A stretch of DNA of 64,000 nt. Source: Muribaculaceae bacterium (GTDB lineage: Bacteria > Bacteroidota > Bacteroidia > Bacteroidales > Muribaculaceae). Below the pieces are notes generated by a model. The model ran no database searches, was not told the DNA's origin, and saw only the letters and a program-made list of their open reading frames with translations. Both the position numbers and the translations under genes were made by a program. The stretch's first letter is position 1. Every line of letters starts with the position of its first letter. Location of the stretch: positions 15,667 through 79,666 of the forward strand of contig VSPE01000004.1 in NCBI GenBank assembly GCA_009775225.1, given 5' to 3'. Below are positions 53,201 to 61,740 of the stretch, in pieces.

Positions 53201-53628
53201 GCGTCAATTAAATCCTGGAAGTCTACGTCTTCTTCAGAGCCCCAGGCTTTTTTACTCTTGTAGCGAATATCGACTTCGCTGAAGTCCATTGCGTGGTAAC
53301 CGTGGTAGTCGAAGCCGGAGGCGTTCTGAACAACGGGTGTAATCCATACGGCAGTGAAACCGAGGGCCTTGATGTAGTCGAGCTTGTCGATAAGACCTTT
53401 GAAATCGCCACGCCAGCAGGGGTCGTTGTTTTTAATCTGGTTTTCCGTGCCGTCCCAGCACAAAACGTTGTTTTTGGGGTCTCCGTCGTAGAAACGAGTA
53501 GTTATCGTGAAGTAGATAGTCTCGTCGCGGAAATCTGTTCGGTTGGCGTTGAAAGTAGTGTTTGCCGATGCGGACAACGCACTAAAAGTCAAGGCACAGC
53601 CAAGCATAAACTTTGAGAAATAGTTCAT
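50299..53628 (-). CDS. GH13 alpha-amylase with two tandem accessory modules and a T9SS C-terminal sorting domain
   Basis: 1109 aa with a signal peptide. GH13 regions DIVLQH, GFRIDTTGH, MFGE and YVDSHD. Duplicated modules at about residues 696-866 and 883-1045. The tail YYNMQGMRVDNPSRGFYIKRTGNKIQKIYIH is T9SS-CTD-like. Confidence 0.9.
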   Translation of the reverse strand: MNYFSKFMLGCALTFSALSASANTTFNANRTDFRDETIYFTITTRFYDGDPKNNVLCWDGTENQIKNNDPCWRGDFKGLIDKLDYIKALGFTAVWITPVVQNASGFDYHGYHAMDFSEVDIRYKSKKAWGSEEDVDFQDLIDAAHAKGMKIILDIVLQHTGNFGESSLCKLFDRSQDIRNQANIQASLIPDDEKLGGQSYWNLKPEGDAPGTQYGERFKYMKNTDGQNHDNKNYWHHVANAWNWDEPSRWWGQIAGDCVDLNTENQAVVDYLVECYGKFIEMGVDGFRIDTTGHIAPLTFNSAFIPRFIELGEKYKSKRLNQAPFYMFGECCARYGGVIYRDQHVLSSHYYTWKSDPALVSEWKTYTADWWAQQFVKEGAEPLGNMLTCLKDPGTVHDSKNVFMQNGAWHEPDYSDASGFNVIDFPMHYNFNNAGQAVAIAQSGDKYYNDASWNVVYVDSHDYCPGPNDGVRFNGGTAQWAENLSLMFTFRGIPCIYYGSEVEFQKGKTIDKGPMLALKESGRAYFGAYLEGSVTATDFGTYTASGNVAQTLDADLAQHIRRLNQIRAAVPALRKGQYTFDGCSANGGFAFKRAYKDSYALVCINGGATFSNVPAGTYTDLVTGKTYQGGASITVDAPKTQGQLRVLVKDWKDGQVGEDGKFIYTTSAVAHGGSVTFTDPGTTEYYTAADFVDNAKVVFSPNGGTFKTEYITVSASLNSEAVSGWYKVGDGTRVSISGTSTFEIGKTMNFGESVKVEWGATDANGAEFNGTVSYKKVDPNATITVYVKGTDGINLYAWGKNSDGANVEPNGAWPGKTLSETVSVAEDDWYYFTFDDMESVNLIFNKNGNQTGDISGISEDTFFEYTGGSTATKLDISVSPVPAVRFSPNGGDFYETITVTATVKNAVSAWYAIGTDAKVNISGTSATFSLGENIAVGDNVTVSWGATGADGNVQTGSVTFHKIEKPEEPEGFVVYYDNSVTSWNPVKIHYWGGEEASTWPGKDMTLVRDNVYYFVLPEGTTGVVFNNGNGIQSVDVTPTSNHLYRATSTTSKVDITDCGLWMTTAIETVEADTNAPAEYYNMQGMRVDNPSRGFYIKRTGNKIQKIYIH

Positions 53629-53772
53629 AATAATGACTTAAAGTAAGTATGAAATGTGTAATATGAATGTATTATCGTATGCAAAGTTCCTAAAAATTTT
53701 GTTTACTTCAATGAAAATGTGTTTTATAACATAATTTTGGGCTGAGATTTGGGCAAATTTATAATAATGTAT

Positions 53773-53822
53773 ATAAAACAAACGGCGGATTGCCGCATCG
53801 GTCGATGTGCGGCAATCCGTCG
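53773..53822 (-). terminator. rho-independent terminator after the pullulanase gene
   Basis: 12-bp perfect stem cggattgccgca/tgcggcaatccg, extendable to 15 bp, with a 10-nt loop. On the minus strand it is followed by GUUUGUUUUAUAU. Confidence 0.7.
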
Positions 53823-53846
53823 GGGTATATGCGGTGGGGTATTTTG

Positions 53847-55853
53847 TTATTCGCGAGCGAGGATGAGGGCGGATGTTGGTTCCACACTAATCTTGCCGCC
53901 TTCGAATGTGCCCATGCCGTCGGGATTGATGTTGCCGTCGCGGGCGACTATTATCCACTTCCCTTTGGGAATTTTGGTAGTATAGGCTTCGTCCGAGCCG
54001 TTGAACACGAGTTTTATCTCGCGCCAGGCATCGCCGTTGGCGTTGTTGCGGATAGAGTATGAAATCACGTTGGGCGCAGATACCTTGTCGAAAACTATGT
54101 TGCGGGCAATCTCGTCGGCAGTAGTCATGCGGAAGGCCGGATGTGCTTTGCGCAGGGCGATAAGACCCTTGTAATAGGCGAACTGGTCGGCGTTTTTGGT
54201 TTTGAGAGTCCAGTCGATAGCATTGATAGAGTCGGGTGATTTGTAGGAGTTGTGCACGCCCTTTTTGTCGCGGAACACCTCTTCGCCTGCAAACATGAAG
54301 GGAGTGCCCTGCGAAGTAAATACTATGGTCTGGGCAAGGCGTGCGGCACGCTGGCGCTCAGCCTCGGAGCTTCCGGGCATCGACTTGGCAAGTTTGTCGG
54401 TGAGTGTGAGGTCGTCGTGGCACGACACATAATTGATAATCTCGGTGGGCGCTCCGGCGTATGCGAATTTGGAGTTGTTGCCCTTGCTGTAGTCGACCTG
54501 TGGATGTGCTGTAGATGCCACGATACCTATCTTGACGGTTTCTTCGTTGCCCGGTTTGCCGGTTGCGAAGCCGCGGTCGGCAGCGTTGCTGTAGTGGCCT
54601 TTTACGGCGTCGCGGAGGTCGTCGGAGAATACGGAGATACCGTTCATCTTATCCACGTTTTCTTTGAGAGCACGGCGCTCTACTGGGAGGGGGGAGTCGC
54701 CGGCAGTCCAGCCTTCGCCGTATACGAATATCGAGGGGTTGATTTTTTTAAGCTCGGCAGCTACTTCATTCATGGTTTCGATGTCGTGGATTGCCATTAG
54801 GTCGAAGCGGAAGCCGTCGATATGGTATTCGTCGGCCCAGTACTTTACGGAGTTGACTATGAAGTCGCGCATCTGTTGGCGTTCCGAAGCTGTTTCGTTG
54901 CCGCAACCCGATGCGTCGCTGTAAGAGCCGTCGGCACGATGACGGTAGTAGTAGCCGGGAGCGGTGAGCGAGAAGTTGGAGTCATCGTTGTTTGCCGTGT
55001 GGTTGTATACCACATCCATCACCACGCCTATTCCGGCATCGTGGAGAGCCTTCACCATTTGTTTCATCTCGGAGATGCGGGCCTTGGGGTTGGCAGGGTC
55101 GGTGGAGTATGAGCCTTCGGGAGTGTTGTAGTTGAAGGGGTCGTATCCCCAGTTGTACCCATTGGTCTGCAGGTTTGCCTCGTCGACCGAGTTGTAGTCG
55201 TAGCTCGGGAGGATATGCACGTGGGTTATGCCAAGCTCTTTAAGATGTTCGATGCCGGTTTTGGCACCCAGGGGTGAGGAGGTGCCCGGCTCTGTCAGGG
55301 CCAGGAACTTGCCTTTGTGTACTATGCCCGACGAAGGGTCGATGCTGAAATCGCGGTGGTGCATCTCATAGATTACGGCGTCGGTGATGTTGGCGAGCTT
55401 GGGTCCGCGGTCGTTGTTCCAGCCTTCGGGGTCGGTGCTGTCGAGGTCTATGATTGCGGCTCTCATGCCGTTGGTGCCTGTGGCTTTGGCCCACACGCCG
55501 GGAGTTTCGGCGAGACGTTTGCCGTCGACAGTAACGGCGAAGGTGTAGAATTTACCGTATAGTTTTTCGGGTACAGATACGCGCCATGTGCCGCGCTCGG
55601 CGCGCTTCATAATCAAGGTGTCTTCTGCTGCGGTGTTGCGGTCGCTGCTGTATATGAGCACTTCGGCGCCTTCGGCCGAGGGAGACCAGAGAGTAAAGTG
55701 GGTGCCGGCGTCGTCAACTTTAAGCTCGAGGTCATCGCCGTCGTAAGAAGGCCATGATGAATACTGTTGTTCCATGGTGTTTTGGGCGTATGCCGCAGGT
55801 GATAGTGTTGCCGCAGCGGCGAGTGCGAGTGCGGCATGGAGTGTATTACGCAT
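53847..55853 (-). CDS. type I pullulanase (GH13, debranching enzyme)
   Basis: 668 aa with a signal peptide. YNWGYDP (pullulanase hallmark), GVVMDVVYNHT, GFRFDLM, YGEGW and VSCHDD. Confidence 0.9.
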   Translation of the reverse strand: MRNTLHAALALAAAATLSPAAYAQNTMEQQYSSWPSYDGDDLELKVDDAGTHFTLWSPSAEGAEVLIYSSDRNTAAEDTLIMKRAERGTWRVSVPEKLYGKFYTFAVTVDGKRLAETPGVWAKATGTNGMRAAIIDLDSTDPEGWNNDRGPKLANITDAVIYEMHHRDFSIDPSSGIVHKGKFLALTEPGTSSPLGAKTGIEHLKELGITHVHILPSYDYNSVDEANLQTNGYNWGYDPFNYNTPEGSYSTDPANPKARISEMKQMVKALHDAGIGVVMDVVYNHTANNDDSNFSLTAPGYYYRHRADGSYSDASGCGNETASERQQMRDFIVNSVKYWADEYHIDGFRFDLMAIHDIETMNEVAAELKKINPSIFVYGEGWTAGDSPLPVERRALKENVDKMNGISVFSDDLRDAVKGHYSNAADRGFATGKPGNEETVKIGIVASTAHPQVDYSKGNNSKFAYAGAPTEIINYVSCHDDLTLTDKLAKSMPGSSEAERQRAARLAQTIVFTSQGTPFMFAGEEVFRDKKGVHNSYKSPDSINAIDWTLKTKNADQFAYYKGLIALRKAHPAFRMTTADEIARNIVFDKVSAPNVISYSIRNNANGDAWREIKLVFNGSDEAYTTKIPKGKWIIVARDGNINPDGMGTFEGGKISVEPTSALILARE

Positions 55854-55888
55854 TATTTAGATTGTAAGATGATATTAATTGTATGTCA

Positions 55889-55920
55889 CAAAGTTACGCA
55901 ACAAATCGCTGATATGCAAA
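55889..55920 (-). promoter_or_regulatory. Bacteroidota-type promoter for the pullulanase gene (-33 TTTG, -7 TAACTTTG)
   Basis: On the plus strand, caaagtta is at 55889-55896 and caaa at 55917-55920, with a 20-nt spacer. The ATG at 55853 is 35 nt downstream. Confidence 0.6.
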
Positions 55921-55939
55921 TTTAACTCCTTTTTGACAT

Positions 55940-55985
55940 AAAAATACGGTGCAGATACCGCCGTTGGTTTCTGCACCGTATTTTT
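55940..55985 (-). terminator. rho-independent (bidirectional-capable) terminator after pgi
   Basis: Perfect 16-bp stem aaaaatacggtgcaga/tctgcaccgtattttt with a 14-nt loop. U-tracts are present on both strands. Confidence 0.75.
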
Positions 55986-56010
55986 GATTATATGCTTAGG
56001 ATGACTGAAA

Positions 56011-57339
56011 TCAGAGGCGGGCCTTTATGGCTTCGGTCTCTTTTTCGTAGCCGGGCTTCTCGAGAAGCGCGAACATGTTTTTCTTGTAAGCCTCCACGCC
56101 GGGCTGGTTGAAGGGGTTCACGCCGAGGATGTGACCGCTAATGCCGCATGCAGCTTCGAAGAAGTAGATGAGCTGGCCGAGGGTGAAGGGGGTGATTGCG
56201 GGAATGGAGATGCGGATGTTGGGCACTTCGCCGTCGATATGTGCGATGCGGGTGCCGAGTTCTGCCATCTTGTTTACTTCGTCGACGCGCTTGCCTGCGA
56301 TGTAGTTGAGGCCGTCGAGGTTAGACTCGTCGGAGGGGATGCGCAGTTCGTGCTCGGTCTTTTCTACCGAAATCACGGTTTCGAAGATTATGCGTTCGCC
56401 TTCCTGTATCCACTGGCCCATGGAATGGAGGTCGGTGGTATTGTCGACGGCAGCGGGGAAAATACCCTTATGGTCTTTGCCTTCGCTTTCGCCGTAGAGC
56501 TGTTTCCACCATTCGCCGAAGAAGTGGAGTTTGGGGCTGTAGTTGACGAGAATTTCGATTTTCTTGCCTGCGCGGTAGAGCGCGTTGCGGGTGGTTGCGT
56601 AGGTGAGAGCGGAGGTGTCGGTGCCGTTAATGGTAGCTTCGCCCATTTTTGCAGCACCGTCTACAAGTGCGTTGATGTCGAAGCCGGCTACAGCTATGGG
56701 GAGCAGACCAACGGGGGTGAGCACGGAGAAGCGGCCGCCTACGTTGTCGGGGATGATGTATGTCTTGTAGCCTTCGGAGTTGGCTAGGGTGCGGAGTGCG
56801 CCGCGTTTTTCGTCGGTGATAGCTACGATGCGTTTGCGGGCTTCGTCGCGACCAACTTCACGCTCGAGCTGCTCCTTGAGGAGACGGAAGGCGATAGCGG
56901 GTTCGGTGGTTGTTCCCGATTTCGATATCACGATTATGCCGAAGCGCTTTCCTGCAAGGTAGTCCTGCAGTTCGGCGAGGTAATCTTCGCCTATGTTCTG
57001 GCCAGCGAAGAGCACCTGCACACCTTCGTTGCGGTAAGCGGCGAAAGAGTTTCCGAGGGCTTCTATCACAGCTTTGGCGCCGAGGTATGAGCCGCCGATA
57101 CCTATAGCTACCACAACGTCGCAAAGCTCACGCATACCTGCTGCTGTGGCGTTGATGTCATCGAGCAGCGATGCGGGAGTTTCCTGAGCCAGGCGCACCC
57201 AGCCAAGGAAATCGTTGCCGGCACCGGTGCCGTCGATAAGTTTTTTCAGAGAGTCTTTGCCCGCAGCATCAAGGGCTGCGATGTCTGCGAGGCTTATAGA
57301 GCCAAGCACACCTTTGTTGTCTACTTGAATTTGTTCCAT
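56011..57339 (-). CDS. pgi: glucose-6-phosphate isomerase
   Basis: 442 aa from the ATG at 57337-57339; the ORF-track TTG start at 57375 lies beyond the -7 box. [22 protein letters not shown] and the GGRFSV-type PGI signatures are present. Confidence 0.9.
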   Translation of the reverse strand: MEQIQVDNKGVLGSISLADIAALDAAGKDSLKKLIDGTGAGNDFLGWVRLAQETPASLLDDINATAAGMRELCDVVVAIGIGGSYLGAKAVIEALGNSFAAYRNEGVQVLFAGQNIGEDYLAELQDYLAGKRFGIIVISKSGTTTEPAIAFRLLKEQLEREVGRDEARKRIVAITDEKRGALRTLANSEGYKTYIIPDNVGGRFSVLTPVGLLPIAVAGFDINALVDGAAKMGEATINGTDTSALTYATTRNALYRAGKKIEILVNYSPKLHFFGEWWKQLYGESEGKDHKGIFPAAVDNTTDLHSMGQWIQEGERIIFETVISVEKTEHELRIPSDESNLDGLNYIAGKRVDEVNKMAELGTRIAHIDGEVPNIRISIPAITPFTLGQLIYFFEAACGISGHILGVNPFNQPGVEAYKKNMFALLEKPGYEKETEAIKARL

Positions 57340-57362
57340 CGTATATAGTGAAAATTTTTCCG

Positions 57363-57370
57363 CAAATTTA
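57363..57370 (-). promoter_or_regulatory. candidate -7 promoter box (TAAATTTG) for pgi
   Basis: Plus strand caaattta, 23 nt upstream of the ATG at 57339. Confidence 0.5.
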
Positions 57371-57382
57371 AACAAATTTTTC

Positions 57383-57390
57383 TAATTTTG
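57383..57390 (+). promoter_or_regulatory. candidate -7 promoter box (TAATTTTG) for menC
   Basis: Matches TAnnTTTG, 8 nt upstream of the ATG at 57399. It sits back-to-back with the pgi box. Confidence 0.5.
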
Positions 57391-57398
57391 CAAGCGAG

Positions 57399-58421
57399 AT
57401 GAAACACGCTGAATGGTGCCCGTACAGGCTTGACTTTACTTTTAATGCCGTGACTTCGCGGCAGAGTATGACATATAAGGATACGTATTTCATCAGAGTG
57501 ACTGATGATGCACGGCCGAATGAGATAACGTATGCCGAATGTGCTTTGTTCAAAGGTCTCTCGGCAGAGGATTGTGCCGACTATGAAAAACAGCTTTCAA
57601 AGGCTTGTGCGTCGCCAGAGGATGCGTTGCGTCACCCCTTCAGCTCTATCCGTTTCGGTTTCGAGCAGGCGCTGTCTCCTTCTCCCGTATCTTCGTGGAG
57701 CGCAGGGAAAAGCGGAATACCTATAAACGGGCTCGTGTGGATGGGCGATAAAGCTGCCATGCGCCGCCGCATTGCCGAGAAACTTGATGCGGGCTTTGGG
57801 GTGCTGAAGTTGAAAATCGGTGGTATCAGTTTTGAAGATGAACTCGATTTGCTGGACTCGGTGAGGCGTACTTTTTCTTCCGATGCTTTGGAAATCCGTC
57901 TGGACGCCAACGGCCATTTTTCTGCCGCCGAGGCTCCCGGGATTCTCGCGAGGCTTGCACCGTACCATATACATTCCATAGAGCAGCCTATCGCCGCCGG
58001 TCAGCCGGAGGCTATGGGGCGTCTTTGCAGGTATACACCTATCCCGATTGCGCTCGACGAGGAGCTGATTGGCTTGCGAAGCGCTGCTGATGCCCGAGTG
58101 CTCCTTGAGGAAATAAAACCGCAGTATATTATATTGAAACCATCGCTCTGCGGAGGGTATAGGGTTTCCGACGACTATATCGCCATTGCCGGCGATATGG
58201 GTATCGGCTGGTGGGCTACATCGGCTCTTGAGTCGAATGTGGGTCTTTACGGTCTTGGCGCATGGCTTGCGCACAAAGGTGTGGATATGCCTCAGGGACT
58301 CGGCACCGGGCAACTGTATTCGAATAATATCGCATCGCCGCTTGAGTTGAGAGGCAGCGCGCTGTGGTGTGGGCCAGGTTTGTCCTGGGGGAACATGGAG
58401 GGATTGCCGTGGAGGAGCTGA
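57399..58421 (+). CDS. menC: o-succinylbenzoate synthase (enolase superfamily)
   Basis: 340 aa with VLKLKIG, the metal-ligand segments RLDANG, IEQP and LDEE, and a following KPS segment. It is adjacent to a MenE-like ligase. Confidence 0.8.
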   Translation: MKHAEWCPYRLDFTFNAVTSRQSMTYKDTYFIRVTDDARPNEITYAECALFKGLSAEDCADYEKQLSKACASPEDALRHPFSSIRFGFEQALSPSPVSSWSAGKSGIPINGLVWMGDKAAMRRRIAEKLDAGFGVLKLKIGGISFEDELDLLDSVRRTFSSDALEIRLDANGHFSAAEAPGILARLAPYHIHSIEQPIAAGQPEAMGRLCRYTPIPIALDEELIGLRSAADARVLLEEIKPQYIILKPSLCGGYRVSDDYIAIAGDMGIGWWATSALESNVGLYGLGAWLAHKGVDMPQGLGTGQLYSNNIASPLELRGSALWCGPGLSWGNMEGLPWRS

Positions 58422-59359
58422 GTGCGTTCATGGAGCAGTGGCGCGACGGCTCCGACTACATAGAGGCACATACTTCCGGCTCTACCGGCCGCCCGAAGCA
58501 AATCAGGCTACTAAAGGCCGATATGCGGGCCTCGGCGCGCGCAACGATAGCTTTTTTCGGGCTGGGGACGTCGTCGACAGTTGCTATGGCGCTGTCGACC
58601 GACTATATCGCAGGAAAGATGATGGCCGTACGCGCGGCCGAGTGCGGTGCACGGCTCGTTCAACTGCCTGTAAGCAACAATATCGTGCTCGACGATTTTG
58701 AGGGAGTGATAGATTTGCTTGCCGTGGTGCCGTCGCAGATGCAGGCTTTTGCTGATAAGCCCCGCTATAGTGCCAAGGTACGCAATCTGCTTGTGGGGGG
58801 CGCCTCGCCTTCGAGGGAGATGTGTCGGCGCCTTTGCGATGCCGGATATAAGGTGTGGATAAGCTATGGCATGACAGAGACCTGCAGCCATGTCGCCCTT
58901 GCCGCCGGCGACGATGACGAGCGGATATTCAGGGCGATGCCGGGCATAAGTTTCTCTGCCGACCCGACCGGGCGCCTTGTTATCGAAGCGCCTTCATTTT
59001 CGTTCGGGCGTCTTGTCACAAACGATGTGGCGGATATTCTCACGCCCTTTTCTTTCAGGTGGAGAGGACGTGCCGATGATGTGATAAACAGCGGAGGACT
59101 GAAGTTCTTCCCCGAAGAGCTGGAGGCTCTTTATCGACCCTATATGGGCACGCTCGAGTATTGTGTGTATTCCCGGCCAGATGCCAAGTGGGGCGAAGCT
59201 ATCGCTCTTGCCGTTGTCGGGGGCGATGTGCATGATATTGCCAACGCTCTGCGGGCCGGAGTGGCCGACCACCGCCGTCTGCCGAAACACATACGTATAG
59301 TAGAGGCGCTGCCTCGCACCGCCAATGGCAAACTGTATCGTCGCGGACTATGCGAATAA
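58364..59359 (+). CDS. menE: short AMP-binding enzyme, o-succinylbenzoate-CoA ligase-like
   Basis: TSGSTGRPK (AMP-binding P-loop) lies near the N-terminus, with YGMTET and GKLYRR-type C-terminal Lys motifs. The start is uncertain. A GTG at 58364 overlaps menC by 58 nt; an alternative ATG is at 58430. Confidence 0.75.
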   Translation: MVWARFVLGEHGGIAVEELSAFMEQWRDGSDYIEAHTSGSTGRPKQIRLLKADMRASARATIAFFGLGTSSTVAMALSTDYIAGKMMAVRAAECGARLVQLPVSNNIVLDDFEGVIDLLAVVPSQMQAFADKPRYSAKVRNLLVGGASPSREMCRRLCDAGYKVWISYGMTETCSHVALAAGDDDERIFRAMPGISFSADPTGRLVIEAPSFSFGRLVTNDVADILTPFSFRWRGRADDVINSGGLKFFPEELEALYRPYMGTLEYCVYSRPDAKWGEAIALAVVGGDVHDIANALRAGVADHRRLPKHIRIVEALPRTANGKLYRRGLCE

Positions 59360-59361
59360 TA

Positions 59362-59396
59362 AGAGGTTGTTTAACAATCATTGTTAAACAACCTCT
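59362..59396. repeat. copy B of the ~35-bp palindromic repeat family (perfect palindrome)
   Basis: agaggttgtttaacaat-c-attgttaaacaacctct. Perfect 17-bp arms, starting 3 nt after the menE stop. Confidence 0.6.
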
Positions 59397-59401
59397 AAGA
59401 T

Positions 59402-59434
59402 AAAAGGGCGCCGGCACCACGCCGACGCCCTTTT
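59402..59434 (+). terminator. rho-independent, bidirectional-capable terminator between menE and the LRR gene
   Basis: GC-rich stem aaaagggcgccggc/gccgacgcccttt with one internal mismatch and loop accac. It is flanked by an A-run and a T-run. Confidence 0.7.
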
Positions 59435-59504
59435 CAGGGGAAGTTATTCAGATCGTATTATCGCATTGTCAGATAGGTTGAATATTTTTTTTGTCAGTTC
59501 ATGA

Positions 59505-60569
59505 TTAGTAGTTCCACTGGCAGGCAATCATTCGTAGGTTGGGGCAAGCCATTGTGCGGAGGTCGGTAATCATGTTGTAGCGGCAGTTGATGTATGTAAG
59601 GGCCTGGTCGAAGCTTACATCAAGCATTGTGAGTTCGTTGTTGTTGCAAAGCAGACGCTGGAGGAAGGTCTGGTTTGAGAGGGTAAGCTCGGAGAGGTCG
59701 TTGTATGAGCAGTCTACGAAGATGAGCTGCGGGCAGGCGGTTACGGTAAAGGTTGTGAGGTCGTTGTATGAGCAGACGATGTCCATAAGAGCCTGACATT
59801 CGCGGACACCGAGGCTCTTCATATTGTTGTCGGTGCATAGGAATGTGGCAAGCGAAGGCAGATTGGAGACAATCATGTTTGCCATGCGGTTGCTGTCGAG
59901 GTTGAGGTTCTGGAGGTTCGTGGTGCCTACAAGGTTCAGCGACGTAAGTTTGTTGTAGCCGGCATAGAGGTTTTTAAGCGCTGTGCAGTCGGTTACCGAC
60001 AGGCTTTCGAGGTGGTTGCTCTGGCAGTTGAGTGTCTCGAGGGTCGATGAAGACTGGAGGTCGAGAGCCGCCAGCAGGTTCGATGCGATGTTAAGGCTCT
60101 TGAGGGCCGGAACGTCGGATATTTCGAACTCGGTAAGGCGGTTGTTGTTCACTGCAATCTTTACAAGAGTGGGGCAGTCGGTGAAGTCTACCTCGGTGAG
60201 CTTGTTGCGCGACACATTCACGTCGGTGAGCATGGGGTCGCCCTTGAATGTTACGGCAGCAAGTTTGTTACGCGACACATCTACCTTTGCGAGAGCCTTG
60301 AAGCCGGAAAGGTCGAGGGTGCCGGCCAGCTTTTTATCTTTCCACTTGATTTCAGTCACGTGGTTGCCTACAACTGTGATGCCTTCCCATGTGGACGGGT
60401 CTTTGAGATTTGTTATTTTCAGAGCTTCGGCATTGGTCCCGTCTTTTTCGGCCGGCTGAGCCAGGAAATTCTGAAGCTGTTTTAGCTCGCTCTTGTTGAC
60501 CTGAGCGAAGCAGGCTGCGCTACTAAGTGCTACAGCGAGCAGTAATGCGATTTTTTTCATATCAATCAT
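59505..60569 (-). CDS. secreted leucine-rich-repeat protein
   Basis: 354 aa. The signal peptide begins at MKKIALLLAVALSSAACFA, and an alternative ATG is at 60560. About 12 tandem 21-23-aa units follow the pattern L..L.c..N.Lt.Ld. Confidence 0.85.
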   Translation of the reverse strand: MIDMKKIALLLAVALSSAACFAQVNKSELKQLQNFLAQPAEKDGTNAEALKITNLKDPSTWEGITVVGNHVTEIKWKDKKLAGTLDLSGFKALAKVDVSRNKLAAVTFKGDPMLTDVNVSRNKLTEVDFTDCPTLVKIAVNNNRLTEFEISDVPALKSLNIASNLLAALDLQSSSTLETLNCQSNHLESLSVTDCTALKNLYAGYNKLTSLNLVGTTNLQNLNLDSNRMANMIVSNLPSLATFLCTDNNMKSLGVRECQALMDIVCSYNDLTTFTVTACPQLIFVDCSYNDLSELTLSNQTFLQRLLCNNNELTMLDVSFDQALTYINCRYNMITDLRTMACPNLRMIACQWNY

Positions 60570-60717
60570 AAATAATAGTTGTGAGTATTCGAGTGATTTT
60601 GTAATACTAACAACTTGCGTAGCAAAATGGTTTGGATTATTTTTAATTAAACGGGAATAGGAGTAGGGCAGTGAACACAGTATCGCATCTTTTTTAAGAT
60701 ATTTTTCTCTAATAAAT

Positions 60718-60749
60718 TTTGTTAATAATTAAAATTATTTGTATATTTG
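60718..60749 (+). promoter_or_regulatory. Bacteroidota-type promoter (-33 TTTG, -7 TATATTTG) for the 60775 gene and the Rhs-like gene
   Basis: TTTG at 60718-60721 and TATATTTG at 60742-60749 with a 20-nt spacer. The ATG at 60775 is 25 nt downstream. Confidence 0.6.
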
Positions 60750-60774
60750 GAGCGAAAACCAATCAGCGACACCT

Positions 60775-61740
60775 ATGGGCCGGTTTTTCATCTTTATAAT
60801 TGCTGTTGCATCGTGGCTGCTATCGGACGCCATGTCAACGGTTACGTTGCCGGTCGAAAAAAGCGGATTGAGCCGGGAGTGCCTTCAATCCATGATTTGG
60901 GACGCTACAAAGGTTCCAACAAATGAGTGTTACGGTTCCGGCTCCATATCAGTTGCCCCGGATGGCCTTGTCAAGGAGAGCCTCGGCGAGTATACCGAAC
61001 TATATCGGCGTAAGGATAATCGGATATTATGGCGGGGGTTCACTGTCGGCCGCTACATCGGATGTCTTGTCGACAGTACGGTTATATACTCTTTATTGCC
61101 GTTGGATGATGGCGGAGGTGCCGAATGTAAATTCAGCGCCAAGGTCAAAAGTCATGATATACTTCTTTACGAGATGTCGGGGAGTTGTAGTACCCGCCTA
61201 TGTGCAAAGGGTAAGTTCATCATTTCTCCGGGTGATACAATTCCGGCCAACCTTATGATTGAGAGCCGGCGATATATCGTGGCTGCCGACGGGCACTTGC
61301 CCGCTGACACAACGACAGTACAGTTTTACAGATGGTACGCTACCGGCGAAGATATACCATTCGCAGTACAGGTGAGACGCGAAGGCTATAGCGAGTGTCT
61401 GTTCATGATATCCGAGATTACGGAAAAATTTACCGATAGCGATGATGACGACTATGGCGGCGATGATGCGGTAAAGGTGCGGGAGTTGCTTGACAACATC
61501 AAAGTATCGGCGGGTCATGGTACGGTCAGCATTTCTCTCGGACAGCTTGAAGACTCCTATGCCGAGGCTTACCTTGTCGATATTCCCGGTAATATACACG
61601 GATGTACGAGCAGTAGACTTGATGAGCAGGAGAATATAATAGACATACCACTCTACGGTCTGCCTGCCGGGACTTATATGCTTGTGGTTATTATTGATGA
61701 TAATCCTGAATTTATATATAAACAAATACTTAGCGTATGA
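60775..61740 (+). CDS. secreted protein of unknown function with a T9SS-CTD-like tail
   Basis: 321 aa from the ATG at 60775 (MGRFFIFIIAVASWLLS); the ORF-track TTG at 60739 overlaps the -7 box. An acidic linker DSDDDDYGGDD is present. The C-terminus is ...LYGLPAGTYMLVVIIDDNPEFIYKQILSV. Confidence 0.6.
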   Translation: MGRFFIFIIAVASWLLSDAMSTVTLPVEKSGLSRECLQSMIWDATKVPTNECYGSGSISVAPDGLVKESLGEYTELYRRKDNRILWRGFTVGRYIGCLVDSTVIYSLLPLDDGGGAECKFSAKVKSHDILLYEMSGSCSTRLCAKGKFIISPGDTIPANLMIESRRYIVAADGHLPADTTTVQFYRWYATGEDIPFAVQVRREGYSECLFMISEITEKFTDSDDDDYGGDDAVKVRELLDNIKVSAGHGTVSISLGQLEDSYAEAYLVDIPGNIHGCTSSRLDEQENIIDIPLYGLPAGTYMLVVIIDDNPEFIYKQILSV

